Assembly: GCF_009914755.1 (NCBI RefSeq)
Contig: NC_060942.1
Length of the DNA stretch: 64,000 nt
Reading direction: 5' to 3' (one strand)
From: the human T2T-CHM13v2.0 reference genome, Homo sapiens
A program made the position numbers and the translations under genes. Each line of letters starts with the position of its first letter. Within the stretch, counting starts at the first letter, position 1. Under the pieces are notes generated by a model. It saw only the letters and a list, made by a program, of their open reading frames with translations. It did no database searches and was not told the origin of the DNA. This document shows positions 41,235 to 57,886 of the stretch, in pieces.

Positions 41235-42246
41235 TTTCCTCTAAATTTAAAAGACTGAGTGGAGAATTGGGTCCCTTCTTTCCTTTTCAATTCAGATTTT
41301 GAATTCCATTTTTGTAGTCTACACCCCTAATCAGCGATCCATTCCCCTCATCACACTGTCACTTTTATTGAGAGCATGAAACACATTACAAACTTTTTTT
41401 CTAGCCACATCCAGCAGTAGTCTAATCAGTACCTTTCTGGCAGCTGTTTTATTTCCAAAGAGAATTGTATTTAGTACAGGCATATTTAAAGGCATATTAC
41501 CTGAACTCTTTCAACAGGCTTGCAACTTCTTATCTATTTTCCACCAAAATGAGCCATTCATATATCTGTAAGGTTTTTTTTCTCCCTAAGGTTCATATGA
41601 CTGCAAAAATATCTTAGAATTATATGTGGTGAATTTATAATAACAGTTCCCACACTACTTTTCATACGACAGCTGCTTTATTCCTTGTAAACAAATCCTA
41701 GAAAGAAAACTCCTTCGTAAGAATCCATTCCTTTCCTTCATAGCTTTTGAAACACTGTACATTTCTGTTTTAGCCTCTGACTTCTTTTCTCCTGGGGGGA
41801 TAAGTGCAGGGAGAATAAAAGAGTCAGAAGTTCCTGTCTTTTCATACTTTCCCTCCCCGCTCTGTTCTTCCTTTGGGGCTCCCATGCACAGTGTCTCACA
41901 TCATTGGCTTCTTTCTGAAGCCCTTGCCTGCCAGCTGCCTTCTTTTCCTGGGGTGCTGACACTCAACAGGCACCTGGGTGCACTTAAACCTTCATAAATT
42001 CAGTCTCACATTTCCTGATCTGATCTTATGGATTTCACATTTTTCTAAATTCCTGATTAGTATTTTATTAGGGAGCAGCAAGTTGAGCCTGAAAGTGAAT
42101 CAAGCAAGCCTTCATCCTCTGTTGAAATGATATAAACCCCATCTTCTCATGTTCATGTATAAGGACCATTTTCAAAGTGGGAAGTGATTGTGAGAAAGAT
42201 TTGCTCCCACGTGCCTAGGAGCACAGGTGTTGGGGCTGAGGGGCAG

Positions 42247-42600
42247 TATATTAGTCTGTTCTTATGCTGCTAATAAAAACATATCTGAAACTGGGTAACC
42301 TATAAAGGAAAGAGGTTTAATGGGCTCACAGTTCCACATGGCTGGGGAGACCTCATAGTCATGGTGGAAGGTGAATGAGGAGCAAAGTCACATCTTACAT
42401 GATGGCAGGCAAGGGAGCTTGTGCAGGGGAACTCCCATTTATAAAACCATCAGATGTCATGAGACTTATTCACTACCATGAGAACAATATGGGAGAATCC
42501 ATCTCCATGATTCAATTATCTTCACTTGGCCCCAGCTTTGACATGGGTATTATTACAATTCAAGGTGAGATTTGGGTGGGAACACAGCCAACCCATATCA
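42247..42600 (-). mobile_element. THE1 solo LTR (THE1B/C)
   Basis: tattagtctgttcttatgctgctaataaa...gcttgtgcaggggaactcccatttataaaaccatcaga...acacagccaacccatatca. Confidence 0.92.
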
Positions 42601-42710
42601 GGCCTCAACAGAAAGGATGGAGAGAAGGTGTCTGTATCTCAGCAGAGGCCAATAAGGTAAATTTGACTGACTCTTTTATAACTTACTAATGCATTTGCAT
42701 AAATAAAAAG

Positions 42711-43095
42711 GGTTATGGGATGAATTAATAGAAATTTTTATGGGCTCCCATAATTTATATGTTGTATCTAAATCCACAGTACCTCAGATATGACTATAAT
42801 TATAAATAGGGTCTTTAAAGATATAATTGTGGTAAAATGAGGTTATAGGGGTGGTCACTAAAGCAACATGACTTGTATCCTTAAAAGAAGAGGGCATTAG
42901 ACACACACAGAGGAGAGACCATTTGAAGACACAAGAAGAAGATGGCCATTCACCAGCCAAGAGAGGTCTCAGAAGAAACCAGGCATGCTGACACCTTCAT
43001 CTCAGACTCTAGCCTCCAGAACTGCAAGAAAAAACTTTATTTCGCTTAAACCACCCAGACTGTGGTACTTTGTTATGGCAGCCCTAGCAGTCTGA
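42711..43095 (+). mobile_element. MaLR solo LTR (MLT1A/B type)
   Basis: aaatagggtctttaaagatataatt...gaggtctcagaagaaaccagg...tgtggtactttgttatggcagccctagca. Confidence 0.85.
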
Positions 43096-43699
43096 AAGCC
43101 ATCCTGCATAACCTCTACCTACAGCTATGAGAAGCTGTAAAACAGCAAGTTTCTTCAACATGTCACACATCAGTTTCAAAGGAGGTTTCATTTTGCCATC
43201 CCCAGGTGCCATCCCTGTCACTCCTAATCACTTCTTGTAAGTTGGATGGGACGAGTAAGCATTTACTTAACTCCATTTGAGAGCAAACTTCAGAAGTGCC
43301 TACTTCTTGATTGTCTTCCCATGAATGGAAATCGTTGTCACTAGCTGGTGTACAAAGCTTCTACTTCCTACTTCATGCCATTGGGCACATTGGGCAGTTC
43401 TGCTTTGCTCACAGCTGTCATCTGGGGATGGTATTCCCTGGGTTGTCCTGCCACCTCTACGCCTGTCTCACTGAAACTCGCTGCCATCCTGTGTGTACAG
43501 GCAGGACCATTAATGTTCCCTAATGTTCCACAGCCTCCCTCAGCTGGTTGTCAACCCAGGGCCACCCACACTTTTGCAGGCTGAAATAGGACACACTCAG
43601 CTCTTCCCACCATGACCATCCTAATGTTTCTTTCTTTTAGAAATAAATGATGTAGACTGTATTTATGGCTTTTCTGAGATGAGTTGTTGTTGTTGTTTT

Positions 43700-44125
43700 T
43701 AGCCTGAGCCTCAGCGTACTCCTCTCCCCCATCTCTCTTCCACCCTGGCCACCCCTGTCCCTTCAACACCAAGCACACTCCATTCTGAGCATGTGTGCAG
43801 TGCTGTTCTCTAGGGTACCTACCACTGGGAAAACAATGGCTCTTTCTCTTCCTTTCTTTGGGTCTTTGCTCAAAATGTTTCCCTTCTTATAAACTTTCCT
43901 GATGATCTTAACTTAAAACACATCACTATCATTTTCTTTCTTTCATCTAGATTTATTTTTGTGTAATACTATTTTTCACTGCTCTGATACTACACCAAAT
44001 ATCTATATATCTATCATTGTGCATTTACCTCCATTGGAATGTACACTACATGAGGGAAGGGACTCTGTATATCCTGTCTACTGCTGTAATCCCAGCACCT
44101 AGAATAATATTGACTCATAAATGCT
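43700..44125 (+). mobile_element. L2 3' fragment
   Basis: ggaatgtacactacatgagggaagggactctgt...ctgctgtaatcccagcacctagaataa. Confidence 0.7.
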
Positions 44126-44271
44126 TCAGAATGTTACTCCTCTGAAGCAATGTAGAAATCAATAAGGAGCATCCCTCCTTTATAGCAGTTCCAAGTACTT
44201 CCAAGACACAAACCCAGTGGTGGTAAACCTGGCTTAAACCATCAAATGGCTCATTTAAAAATAGAATTTAA

Positions 44272-45832
44272 CACTTTTATTTTAGATTGGGGGTACATGT
44301 GCAGGTTTGTTAACTGGGTATATTGCATGATGATGAGGTTTGGGATACAATTGGTCACTTGGGTACTGAGCATAATACCCAATAGTTAGTATTTCAACCC
44401 TTACCTCCCTTCCACCTCTAGTAATCCCCAGTTTCTGTTATTATTATCTTTATGTCTGTGAGTACCCCCTATTTAGCTTCCACTTATAAGTGAGAACATG
44501 TGGTATCCGATTTTCTGTTTCTGTGTTAATTTGCTTAGGAAAATGACCTCCAGCTGCATCCATGTTGCTGCAAAGAACATTATTTCATATTTTTTATGGC
44601 TGCATAGTATTTCATGGTGTATATGTACCATATTTTCTTTATCCAATCTACCATTGATGGATATGTAGGTTGATTCCACATCTTCGCTATTGTGACTAGT
44701 GCTGTGATGAACATATGAGTGCATGTGTCTTCCTGGTAGAAGGTTTTATATTCCTTTGGGTATTAATCTAATGTCATGCAATTGCTGAGTCAAATGTTAG
44801 TTTTCTTTTAAATTATTTGAGAAATCTCCAAAATGCTTTCAACGTGGTCTGAACCAATTGACATTCCCACCAGTAGTGTATAAGCATTCTCTTTTCTCTG
44901 CAGCCTCACCAGCATGTACTTTTCTTTTTTTGACTTTCAATAATAGCCATCTGACTGGCATGAGATGGTATTTAACCGTGGTTTTTATTTACATTTCTGC
45001 AATGATTAGTGATGTGGAGCATTTTTTCATGTTTGTTGGCTGCTCATATGTCTTCTTTTGAGAAGTGTCTGTTCATGTCTTTTGCCTGCTTTTTAATGGG
45101 GTATTTGTTTTTGCTTGTTCAATTGCTTAAGTTCCTTATAGATTATGGATATTAGACCTTTGTTGGATGCATAGTTTGCAAATATTTTCTCCCATTCTGT
45201 AGCTTGTCTGTTTACTCTGTTGATGGTTTCTTTTGCTGGGCAGAAGCTCTTTAGTTTAATTAGGTCCCACTTTCCAATCTTTGTTTTTGTTGCAATTGTT
45301 TTGGAGGACTTAGTCATAAATCATTTCCCAACACCAATGTCTAGAATGTCTCCTAGGTTTTCTTCTAGAATTCTTATAATTTGAGGTCTCACATTTAAGT
45401 CTCTAATCCACCTTGAGTTAACTTTGGGATATGGTGAGAGATAAAGATCCAGTTTCATTCTTCTATATATGGCTAGCCAGTTATTCCTGCACTATTTATT
45501 GAATAGGGAATCCTTTCTTCATTGTTTATTTTTTATCAATTTTGTGAAAATAGATGGCTGTTAAGTGTGTGGCTTTATTTTGGGGGTTCTCTATTCTGTT
45601 GCATTGTTATATGTGTCTGTTTTTGTACTAGTACCATGCTGTTTTGGTTACTGTAGCCCTGTAGTATAATTTAAATCAGGTAGCATGATGCCTCCAGCTT
45701 TGCTCTTTTTGCTTAGGATCACTTTGGCTAGTCAGGCTCTTTTTTGGTTTCACATGAATTTTAGAATAGTTTTTTTCTAGTTTGAAAAATGACATTAATA
45801 GTTTGGTAGGAATAATGTTGAATCTGTAGATT
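44272..45832 (-). mobile_element. 5'-truncated L1 (L1PA15/16 or L1PB-like)
   Basis: ttttagattgggggtacatgtgcaggtttgtta 3' end; ORF2 remnant [37 protein letters not shown]. Confidence 0.92.
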
Positions 45833-46339
45833 CAAGTTGTTTGTTTTTATGTGTGTATGTGCCTGTGTGTGTGCACATGCAAGTGCACATGAACACTCAC
45901 ATTTGTTGTGTGTCTGCTTTCTATGTTTAAGAAACATAAAAGTTTACTTCCCTCAAACTGATTGCAGGCTCCCCACCTTACCTTCAAAGCCCTTTGCAGA
46001 ATGGCCCCCTTACCTCCCCCCTCCTTTTCTCTGGGGTCTTATCTTGCTCTGTTGGATGCATATTTTCTGTGTTTTTCTGTACTTAATGTCTTCCTCTAAT
46101 AAAAAACATCGCCTCTCTGCAATACACACAATCTTACTGCACCTGCTCCAATTCTGTCAATTGCTTTAAGGTTTAGCTTAAATGTCTATTCTGCGGAGAT
46201 TTGTCTGATCTGAAACACCCACTTACTTTTATCCAGAAGTTTAAAATCCTACATGATTTTGTTTGTTCTTCTCTTCTAACTTGTATTTTTGTTTTATATT
46301 TTATGGATGTGTGTTTGTATTTTATTTCTCCCAGAACCC

Positions 46340-46785
46340 AGCTCCCAGCTGGGGCTGCTGTAACAAAGTGTCATAAACTGGGTGCCCAAAAAACAGAAGT
46401 TTATCATTTCACAGTTCTGCAGGCCAGAAGTCCAAGATCAAGCTGTCAGTAGGGTTGGTTCTTCCCAAGGGCTGGGAGGGAGAATCTTTTCCAGGCCTTG
46501 CCCCGCAGATTCTGGCAATTTTCCAGCACTCATTGGAGCTCCTTGTTTTGGGGAAGCATCACCCTGATCTGTGCCTTCTTCTCTTTGTCTGTGTGTCTCT
46601 GTGTTCACACTTCCTCTTTTTATAAGGACACAGTCATTTTGAATGAGGGCCCATCTTACTCCACTATTATCCCATCTTAACTAATACATGTAAAACAATC
46701 TATTTCCATACGTGATCACATTGATGTGGTAGAGGAGGTTAGGACTTTAACTTATGAATTTAAGGGGGGCAAATAATAACCTTCT
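46340..46785 (-). mobile_element. MaLR solo LTR (MLT1 type)
   Basis: ggctgctgtaacaaagtgtcataaactgggtg...cacagttctgcaggccagaagtccaagatcaag...aggttaggactttaacttatgaattt. Confidence 0.85.
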
Positions 46786-48548
46786 TAAAAAGGGTCTTTC
46801 TTCTCTGTCTTTGTAGGTCTCTCTATAGTGCCCAGACCAGTGGGTTTCACATTACAGTGACTTCATAAATATTTTGTTGGATTGAAGTGTGCCACTTACT
46901 CTGTCTCAAGAGTGCCTTTCCCAATATCTGGCACATAGCTAGCATTTCACAATTTATTTTTAAATTATTATTAGTAATAGGTATCTTTTTTTCTTACACA
47001 CTTTAGTTGAAAGATTAACCTGCAATTCCATTTCCACCCTAATGTGGCATGCCCTGGTGATACAAGCCTTGGTACAAGCTTTGCTATTTGCAATAACCTG
47101 ATACTGAACAATGCTGGGGTCAGAAGGAGGCAGGCTGTGAGTGAGGGAATGTCAAAGAAGACAAAATGCCAAAGGGGAGAAAATAGGACTTCAGCCTGCT
47201 CAGAATGCAGAAAATCACCTATTTGAACAGTATCTCTACATGAGGCCCCAGGGACTCATTTATTTACATGTTTTCCTGAAGCTATTGCTCATCCATTTCT
47301 TTGAAAACCTCATAGATTCCATGCTTGTTGACTCAGGAAGTGAAGCATCAGATTTATTCCTGTACACCGTTGCCTTTCAAATTCATATTAGCGACTTCCT
47401 TTTCAGTGTCTTGTGGTATATGCAATTTGTATTCAAAACGTCTTCTAAGACAATATATCCCTCTAGCCCAGAGATGTGTTTTGAAGTTCCTTTGTAAGAT
47501 AGTTCCCTCTGTTACTCCCTGTCAGAGAGATTTTCTAAATGTCCTCCAAGATCATGTTTTCTCTGTTACATAATTTTTAATAGCCCTTGGTACAACTCTC
47601 AGTTTGCTGCATAACTGATATCCTCAAAGGAACATTCACCTGAGTCAGCTATGAATGAGCTTTACAGATAAAGTGGTACCTTTACCTTTGGGAGAGGAGC
47701 AACAACTTTATAAACAAATGAAAATATGCATTTCTCTTAAAAGCTATTTATACATTTCAACATGAAAACACATTGATTTAAATAAATTAACCAAATTTCA
47801 GAATTAAAATAGGTAACACATCGAACTTTTGTAGTCTCTATTTATGTATATTATTAAACAATTTAATGAAAATATCACAACAGATTCTTCAGAGTTCATC
47901 AGGTAATAATGTTATTAATTCTGAGGTGTGATTTCTTCTTTTATTTAATTCAACAGAATTGCAAAATAATTTTTCAAATTTTTTGGTGTACATTAGGACT
48001 TCTTTACAGAACAAATTATGTGGAAAGATTTATTCCATTGGATTTGGTGGTTTGAGAATTGCAGGTGTGATTTAAAAGTGCCAGACTTATTTCTAAGTAC
48101 AATGTTCATATACTATACCAACATTCATCTAACCATTGGTATTACAATGTAGCCTGTGCTAAATTCTAGGTTGTCAAATGTAAAAACAAATCACTGATTT
48201 AACATGATATTAAATGTAAAGAGATTTGGGACTTTGACAAATTACTACATAGTTAAGTGTATTATTAAATTCATTCCTTTTGGTAGAGTTGGGTAATTTG
48301 TTTTTGATAAGTAAAATATACACTCACCAAGCTAATGAAATTGTTTCAGGAAGATCTATCTTTTCTGGGTTTTAAAAATCTTTTCAGTAATAAAGACTTC
48401 ATTTAAATTAACATAGTTATGTATTACAAGAATATTTCCACTGCTTTTCAGCATAATATATGTCTATTGGCCTGAGCTTGACAATGCTGACTATACACAT
48501 AACATAGGTGGGCTGTTTGTCACTTAGCAACTTAAGGAGATCAAGTAA

Positions 48549-49082
<534 letters not shown>

Positions 49083-51688
49083 AAGTAAAATCTTATAAGA
49101 TGTGAATTAGAAGGTATAGAAAATGCTTCTTATTGATTTGCTTTTAATAATACTGCAATACAAGTTTCTCTTGCACAATATATATATTAAGCATTTGTTT
49201 TGTTTTTTATGATTGTCTATGAAGCGTGACCAGCAACAAACATACTTATTTCATGACGTCAAGAGAATTTCTACAATATAACAAATGATGCACTCTAACT
49301 GATAATTCTAGAATGAAATTAGAAGAATTTGGCTCACTTTCAGGGACTGAATATTCTATGAAGTTGTCTTCTGAAATGTGAGGTCCACTTGTATTAGTTT
49401 TTAAATATCTGAGAGAATAAATCTCATAAGGGTTTCTAACTTTTTTCCTGCTCTATGAATTAACCTTCAATTCTAAGGACTCCTGTCGACTTTTAACAGT
49501 AAAAAAAAGCTTTCAGAAGTTTCCTAAGAATTACATTTTTAGTTTCCTCTTGTTTCAAACACTACTGTGTTCCTGATAATGTTGAATTTTACCCGAGTCT
49601 TATGTTCCTGGAAAATAATCAAGGTTAAGAAATCCGCCTATCCTTTTGAAATCAATCAATGTTTTGCATTCCAGAAAGTGGCTTCTAATATATGACCACC
49701 CTGCTCTTTCATAGCAAGATAAGACCTGCTTTAGTCTTCCTCCAGGAATCCCTTGTTTCATAAGGCCCCATGTTTCCTCCCTATATGTAGAGATGATATT
49801 CCTTAATGAGTATGTTCCTACTACCGTTGCCTGAAGAAAAACATTTCCTTAATTGGTGCATTTTTTCTTTCACTATTTGGGTGCCATGGCTTGGGTCATA
49901 TAGGAACTCGCCTTTGGGTCCCCCTTTGCTCTGTCCAGGTCTGGAGGCTTTTGGTGTGCTTTGTGCTCTGTTTCTCATTGGAACAGAATGAGGGAACACA
50001 AGGGTGAGTCTGATTCTTGGTCTTTGTTCTGGACTCTTGCCCACTGGTAGCGTGGAAAGGATATGATTTTGATTCCTTTTGAGTATTTGTTTGAGTATGG
50101 ATGCTGCAATATTTTTCCATTATTGTGTGAGCATGTGGCAATCTCTATAAATGGATTAATGGTTTACAGAGATCTTTTCTCTGTGGTGTAAAAAATGACA
50201 GACAATCTAATTTGTTAGTCTTTTCTGTTTGTCTATTTCATCTATCTTGAGCTCCAATCAATTAAAAATTCATACCTTCTATGAAGAGAATAACTCCTTA
50301 ATATAGAGCAATTCGTCTTGTGTTTCTGTGTTTATGTTTAACCCACTGCTGAATTTCTGTGTGTGTCTGTGTGTTTATATTTCTAAAATTCAGAAAGACG
50401 TTTATCTCTTATGGTATGTATGCAATATATTCCTAAATGGTATTGTCGAATTAAATCATTAAACCTTTTAACACAGTCCTAATCTGATTGGCTTAGAGAT
50501 AAATAAATGCTTATTTAAATTGTATATTCCTAATTTCTCAGAAATTAAGAAAATTGAACTTCAAATACTTTCCCACCACACCTGGCTGACTTTCAATATA
50601 CTTTAAAAACACGTTCTTACAGAAACAAACTCACACATCTTAATACATGTTATAAATTCAAGCTCACATATGTAAGTAAACCTTTGGCAAGAGAGATTAG
50701 TATAACATTGTTGGTTCAGTAGAAACATCTATGTAATCTCTAAATTACCAATGTTAAGTATAATACAAGCTTACATTCTTATTCTCCTTGGGTATGCTCT
50801 CCGTAAACTTATACATGTTTACTGATTGAATGAATTACCATGAATTCTACTAAATAGTTAAAATTATGAAAAAAATGTAAATGTGTATGCTATATAAGCA
50901 AATCAGATCAATATTCTGACAAACTTTATTTAATAAAGTATGTTTTATAGTATATCAGTTACAAGATAATTTCTAAAGCCTTGGAATGATACTGAATTGA
51001 GTCAATTAATGGAATTTTATTAGATATCAAGATCATCCTAAGAAAGATAAAACATTAAACCTTTAATTACTAAACATAATTTTAAGTATGTAGACATTTT
51101 GCCTCGCATGTTTTACATGATATAGAAAGGTGAAATTTATTTGCAAATGCTCATGAACCTGTTCAGTTTTGCCACTTTGAGGAGTTGTACCATATAGGAT
51201 GCTGTGAAATGCTGGCGTGAGTACAGATAGCTCACAATTATTTTCCTCCTGTCTTTCTCTATGAAGTAGAAGTCAATGTTGTGAAAACATATAATCTGTA
51301 TATATGAATGAGACTCAGTTAGTAGTAATAGTGGAAAGGAGGCACAACCTGGTATGCAAAATATACTGGATGAGTTTTTGTTAAGAAAAAAGAGAGTAAT
51401 TATGTTGTAAAATAAAATGACTGCTTATTCCAGAACGAGAAAAAGAAAATTATAGGAAAAAAAATTAAATGGAAGAAAAAATTTTAGAAAGTTATCAGAA
51501 AGGGAATTTTGGCTGTTATGGTTAAACCGGTTAAGGTTTGATAGGTTTATTTATAAGATTTTCAAGTAGAGTTTGAGTATCAAACATTCTAGTGCTGTAA
51601 AACTAGATTTTGGTTTTCTCTCTGTTCTACTGAAATTTTCTTATATTATTGGTCTTTTCAAAACAGGCTATAAAAGTTTCCTTTCTAT

Positions 51689-53069
<1,381 letters not shown>

Positions 53070-53312
53070 AAAAGTTTCTTTTGTACCTTCAGTGTAATCC
53101 ACCTGTATAGCTAAGATTCCATCTTACCAGAGTAACCTTCTATGGTTTGTACGATTGTTTTTTGCCCTTGATTATTTATGAAAACAAAGGTTTCTCATTT
53201 ATAGAAGAGCTAAGGGTCATTATGATCATCTTAACTCCTAGTTTTACTTTTAAAATATGTTTGTTGTCCCTAGGTTAAATAGATAACCAATTATTATTTC
53301 TTAGTAACATAT

Positions 53313-54252
53313 TGAATCAGGATATTTTCTTGACCCCTTAATGGGATTTGTGACAGAGGTGCCTTGTTTTCTCAGTCCACCCATGTCTAACCCTCATGGG
53401 AGGCAGCGTGCAAGCAAATGAGTACAGGAACTGAAGTGAGCACTTTTAGGCATTGGCAGGAACAAACTTCATTTACTCAGCTCACCACCCCTTGTTGGGG
53501 GAACACATGGGTGAGCAAGTAAGCGACCCAGCTGTCTGCTTTTGGGCACCAGCAGGAACAAACTCCATGCAGGCCCCACGGCAGTGTTCAGGTGGGGCTG
53601 TTCAACTCTGAAGCCCCAGAGGGTGTGCCACAATGCTCTTTCAGCTCTGTCATCCATCCATGGACAGCTTAAATGTTAACAGCTCAGTAAGCCCTTTGCC
53701 TTCTTGCACAGGGTGGCTGCCTTCCACTACTGAGGGCAAAGGGCCAGTGTGACAGCCTTTTTTTTTGAGTATCTGCACTTGTGGCTCCCGAGCTCTTGTC
53801 TGTCATCCAGGAAAAATGAGGTAGCAGGAACAAATTGAAGGATGGTGAATGTAGACAATTTCATTGAACGATGAAAAAGTGGCTCTCAGCAGGAAGGGGA
53901 GCTGGAAAGGAAATGGGATGGGCAGGTAATCTTCCCCTCAAGTCTGGCCATCTCTGGCAGGACTCTTCTTTGAAATCAAGCCATCAAGTCTTCCCTCTGA
54001 AGTCAAGTTTCTTCTTTCAGAAGTCCAGCTGCTTCTCCCTTTCTCTCTGACTGAGTCTGGGGTCTTCATAGGCACAGGATGAGGGGCAGAGTGGGCTGTT
54101 GGTAGTATAGGAAAAGGCAACATTGGAGCAGAAAAACAGGGATGGAAGTTCTCACTTTGGGCCATGGGTTTCAGGATTTTCTGCTAGAAGGCAGGGTTTT
54201 GCCAGGGACCTACCCTCGTCTGCCTAGAATTTCTTGCCTCCTGCCTCTATCA
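53313..54252 (-). mobile_element. ERV1 solo LTR (LTR28/LTR27/LTR1 group)
   Basis: Reverse complement starts tgatagaggcaggaggcaagaaattctaggcagac and ends ggggtcaagaaaatatcctgattca. Confidence 0.8.
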
Positions 54253-56420
54253 TTGTATCAACTTGAACTTGTTCAAGTGTTCAGATCTTCCAACAACTTT
54301 TGATATTTTGCCTTTCCAAAATTGGATTATTATTTTCTCTAGGAAATCTGTCTTAAAAACCACCCAGATGGCCCCAGTCATAAACGTGTTTTTTCACATT
54401 ATAAAAAGAAAAGTGCTATAAATAATCAAATCTATTTGATACTTTATGACTGATAAGTGCATAGGAAGTGCTAGAAAATTAGAAGAGATCCTGAGCTTTC
54501 CCTAGGTGAAGTTGGTATGGGTAAAATATTGTTAATATAAATATCTCAGAAACTGTATGCTGGATTGGAATTACATGGAAACTTGCCAGTGCCCTTTCCT
54601 TTCATATGTTTCTATTTGTTAGAGTCTGGTGTTGCTTTGCCTGGGTTAGACAACAGCACTGTAGCGTTATGATTCATAATTCTAGGTATTTAAGTATTGA
54701 CTTGGTCACAATTTTACCTCTTTAATTTGAATCTAATATCTTCTAGATCAGTGGTTTTGGACTAAGAATTTACATGACTTACTTATGACATTTTACTAAT
54801 ACTCAGGTGTTGAGGATCTAGTCTAGACTTCCATAATATTTTACGTGATATTTTTGATAGAACTATAAGCTTGATATATTTGTGTTATATTATGTATCAA
54901 GATTAGTATATGTAATATCTGAGCTTTTTCTTTGTAAAGATTACATAGAATATCTCCTCTTTTTGACAATAATTAATTGTTATGTTTATAAATATTCTGT
55001 CTAAAACCTTTTTGGATTGACTTTATTACCTTGTGTTGTAAGCAACAAAAACAACAAATTTCTTTGCCTATTCAATTATTTTTTAAAACAAATCTCATCA
55101 GGCCTTGCACTTTTTAGCCTTCTAAGTAAGAAATTAACCACAGCCATTTTAAGTCTTTGGTCATTTCCAGATATTGTTTGTTTTACCCTGAAGCTTTCGT
55201 GAAAGCTCTGGTAATCTACTACAGCTCAGAATTTTCCATCCTCAACAAAGGAGACTGTATCAGAGCCCTGCAAAATAGGACTATGTCATGTATGTTTGGT
55301 TATAGGTTTCCAATGGTATCATTGCTTAAATGAGAACCTACCAGTGGAGTGAGCCAAGGTTTCCAAAACTGATGGAAAAAAACAGTTTTTCAGTTGAGAA
55401 AACAGCTGAGAAACCGATGGATTCATATTCATGAGACTGTCAACCCAAGATCGAGTGGAACACACATTAATTACATTGGACTGAAGATACTGAAAAGGGA
55501 TTGCTGTGGGTTTTGTTTGTGGTATTATTGGCATTTTAATTTTCTATTTTTATAGATATATAGGAAGACTTTTCTCCTTATGTGTAACTCAGAACAATGC
55601 AGTAGATTTTGCTTTTGTAAACTGAAATGAAACATTTTTAAACGAAATATTTTTCTCTTTGCCCAACACTCTCAGAATTGTGAACCTCTTGAATGTTCTT
55701 ATTTTCGTAGCAATATAGTTCTGTGCATACATTCACATTATATAATATAGTTATTTGCATGTCCTTGTCAAAAGAACACAATTAGAAACATTGCTTATGC
55801 AACCAAGATCTTGCTTGGAATGTCATATTTGAGAATGATGCTCATTTAATCAGATGCAACTAGATACTTTAAGCTAAGGTTGACTTTCTGGGGCCAATGC
55901 TTACAATGCCCTCTTGGAAACCTGGCCTGGCACTCAGTTTACAAGATTCTCAGCCTTATGGGTGAGTAAGAAAAGTGACTTACTGGCAAGTCCAGAAATC
56001 AGGATATTTTGAAAACTAGAAAGGAGAGAAATTTGCTCAAATTTCTAGTGCTGAATTGTTGCCTTAGATTCCCAGGCTTCCCGAATATCTGATCTGAGAT
56101 CCCTTATAAAAATTTCCAGCACAGCAAACATAAGAATGCCTGTGTGGTAAATTACCATTCTTGCTGTACCTGTGTACATAATCAGGGCAAATCTAAAGAG
56201 ACCAGCCTTATTTTGTGATTAAGAATGCACTGTCTTTGAGATTACTTTTGATCAAAATGCTGTAGTGAAAAATGACAGGTCTCAATGGAAAACCGTGTAT
56301 CACATGCAGTACCCCCCTCCGTGTTATCAGATTTTATCCCTGCTTATCGTCTTTGAGCTATGTTCTACTTCTCTGTAAATTAAACATAACTTATGGATAT
56401 GTACACTCTATTTTGCCTGG

Positions 56421-56785
56421 TGTATTAGTCTGTTCCTGCATTGCTATAAAGAACTACCTGGGACTGGGTAATTTATAAAGAAAAGAGGTTGAATTGACTC
56501 ATAGTTCCACAGACTGTACAGGCATGGCTGGGGAAGCCTCAGGAAACTTACAGTCATGATCAGAGGCACATCTTACATGACAGGAGCAGGAGGAAGAGAG
56601 CGAAGGGGGAGGTGCTACACACTTTTAAATAACCACATCTAGTGAGAACTCACTCACTATCATGAGAACATCATGGGGGAATTCACCCCCATCATCCAAC
56701 CACCTCCCACCAGTCCCCTCCTTCAACACTGGAGATTACAATTTGACATGAGACTTGGATGGGGACACAAATCCAAACCATATGA
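56421..56785 (-). mobile_element. MaLR solo LTR (MSTA)
   Basis: tgtattagtctgttcctgcattgctataaagaactacctg...gacacaaatccaaaccatatga; perfect 5-bp TSD cctgg. Confidence 0.93.
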
Positions 56786-57886
56786 CCTGGTAAACACTTA
56801 ATTGATTTCTACCCTCCCTGTGGAAAAAGGAGGGTTGGTACTTAACTGCAAATTGGGCCGGAACATGTTACCTTTCCCAAACTGACAATCCTTATAAAAT
56901 TCTCCCTTTTTCTGTATTTTCTTTAATATCAGGTCACTATCCTCCAAATGACCTTCTCCAGTTTTTCTCATTTGTACTTGATTTGAAGTCACTGAAGACT
57001 AAAACCGAGCTGTCCGTATCCCTTACTGGGTCTCTTTGTGGCCTGGAAGCTGTCTCTGGATCTGAAGAAGCCCTAAGAGCTGAAGCCTGATGACTTTGTA
57101 CAAACCTCAGAAACCTCATCACGCTGCAGACAACCACTGGCCTGAGTTTGCCCTGGACAAGCTGCTTGTCTATAAACTACTAATGTAGTTTGAAGAAATG
57201 CTCAGGACATGCATGCCCTCATATGAGAGGGGACTTGGATTGTGAACAACATTACCAAGGGCATCAGCATCCCAGCCTGAGAGCTTCAAGAAACTCAAGA
57301 AGTGCTGCGGCATGACAAGGGATTTGCTTACACCAATCTTCTAGAATTCACCGGACTGATCGCTCTCGGAGTTCAACTACTGGATCTTTAGTATAGCCCT
57401 TAAAAATACTTCTGCTTTTTATTTCAGGAATCCCTCCTTTATGTAAATAACTTGCTCTCTGGGAGCTAAAGTCACCTGGGACCTTCACGAGAGGTTTCTG
57501 CAAACCAGTTGAATTTTTTAGAAACATCCTCAACAAGAGCCTTTCAGTGATTATTTCTTAAACTCTCTTCATCTCATTCAGAAAGTCTATGACATGCTCA
57601 GTATTGCTCACTGACTCACAGTGGACACATAGGAGGACTAACGCTGAATTTGTCTGAGTTCAGCACTTTCAGAGATCAATGAGGGTTAAGAAATCCAACC
57701 CCTTCTTTTTTTTTTTTTAATTTAGGAAAATGGTTAACCACAAAGGACCATCCTGCCCTTGCATACTCCAGACCCATCTCCACCCTCCCTCTTAACACCT
57801 TTCCTTTGTAAAACCGCATGTTTTTTCCCTCTTCGTTGAGATGTTTCACTTACTATTGCAATTACCCTAACTAAAACTATCTTCCT

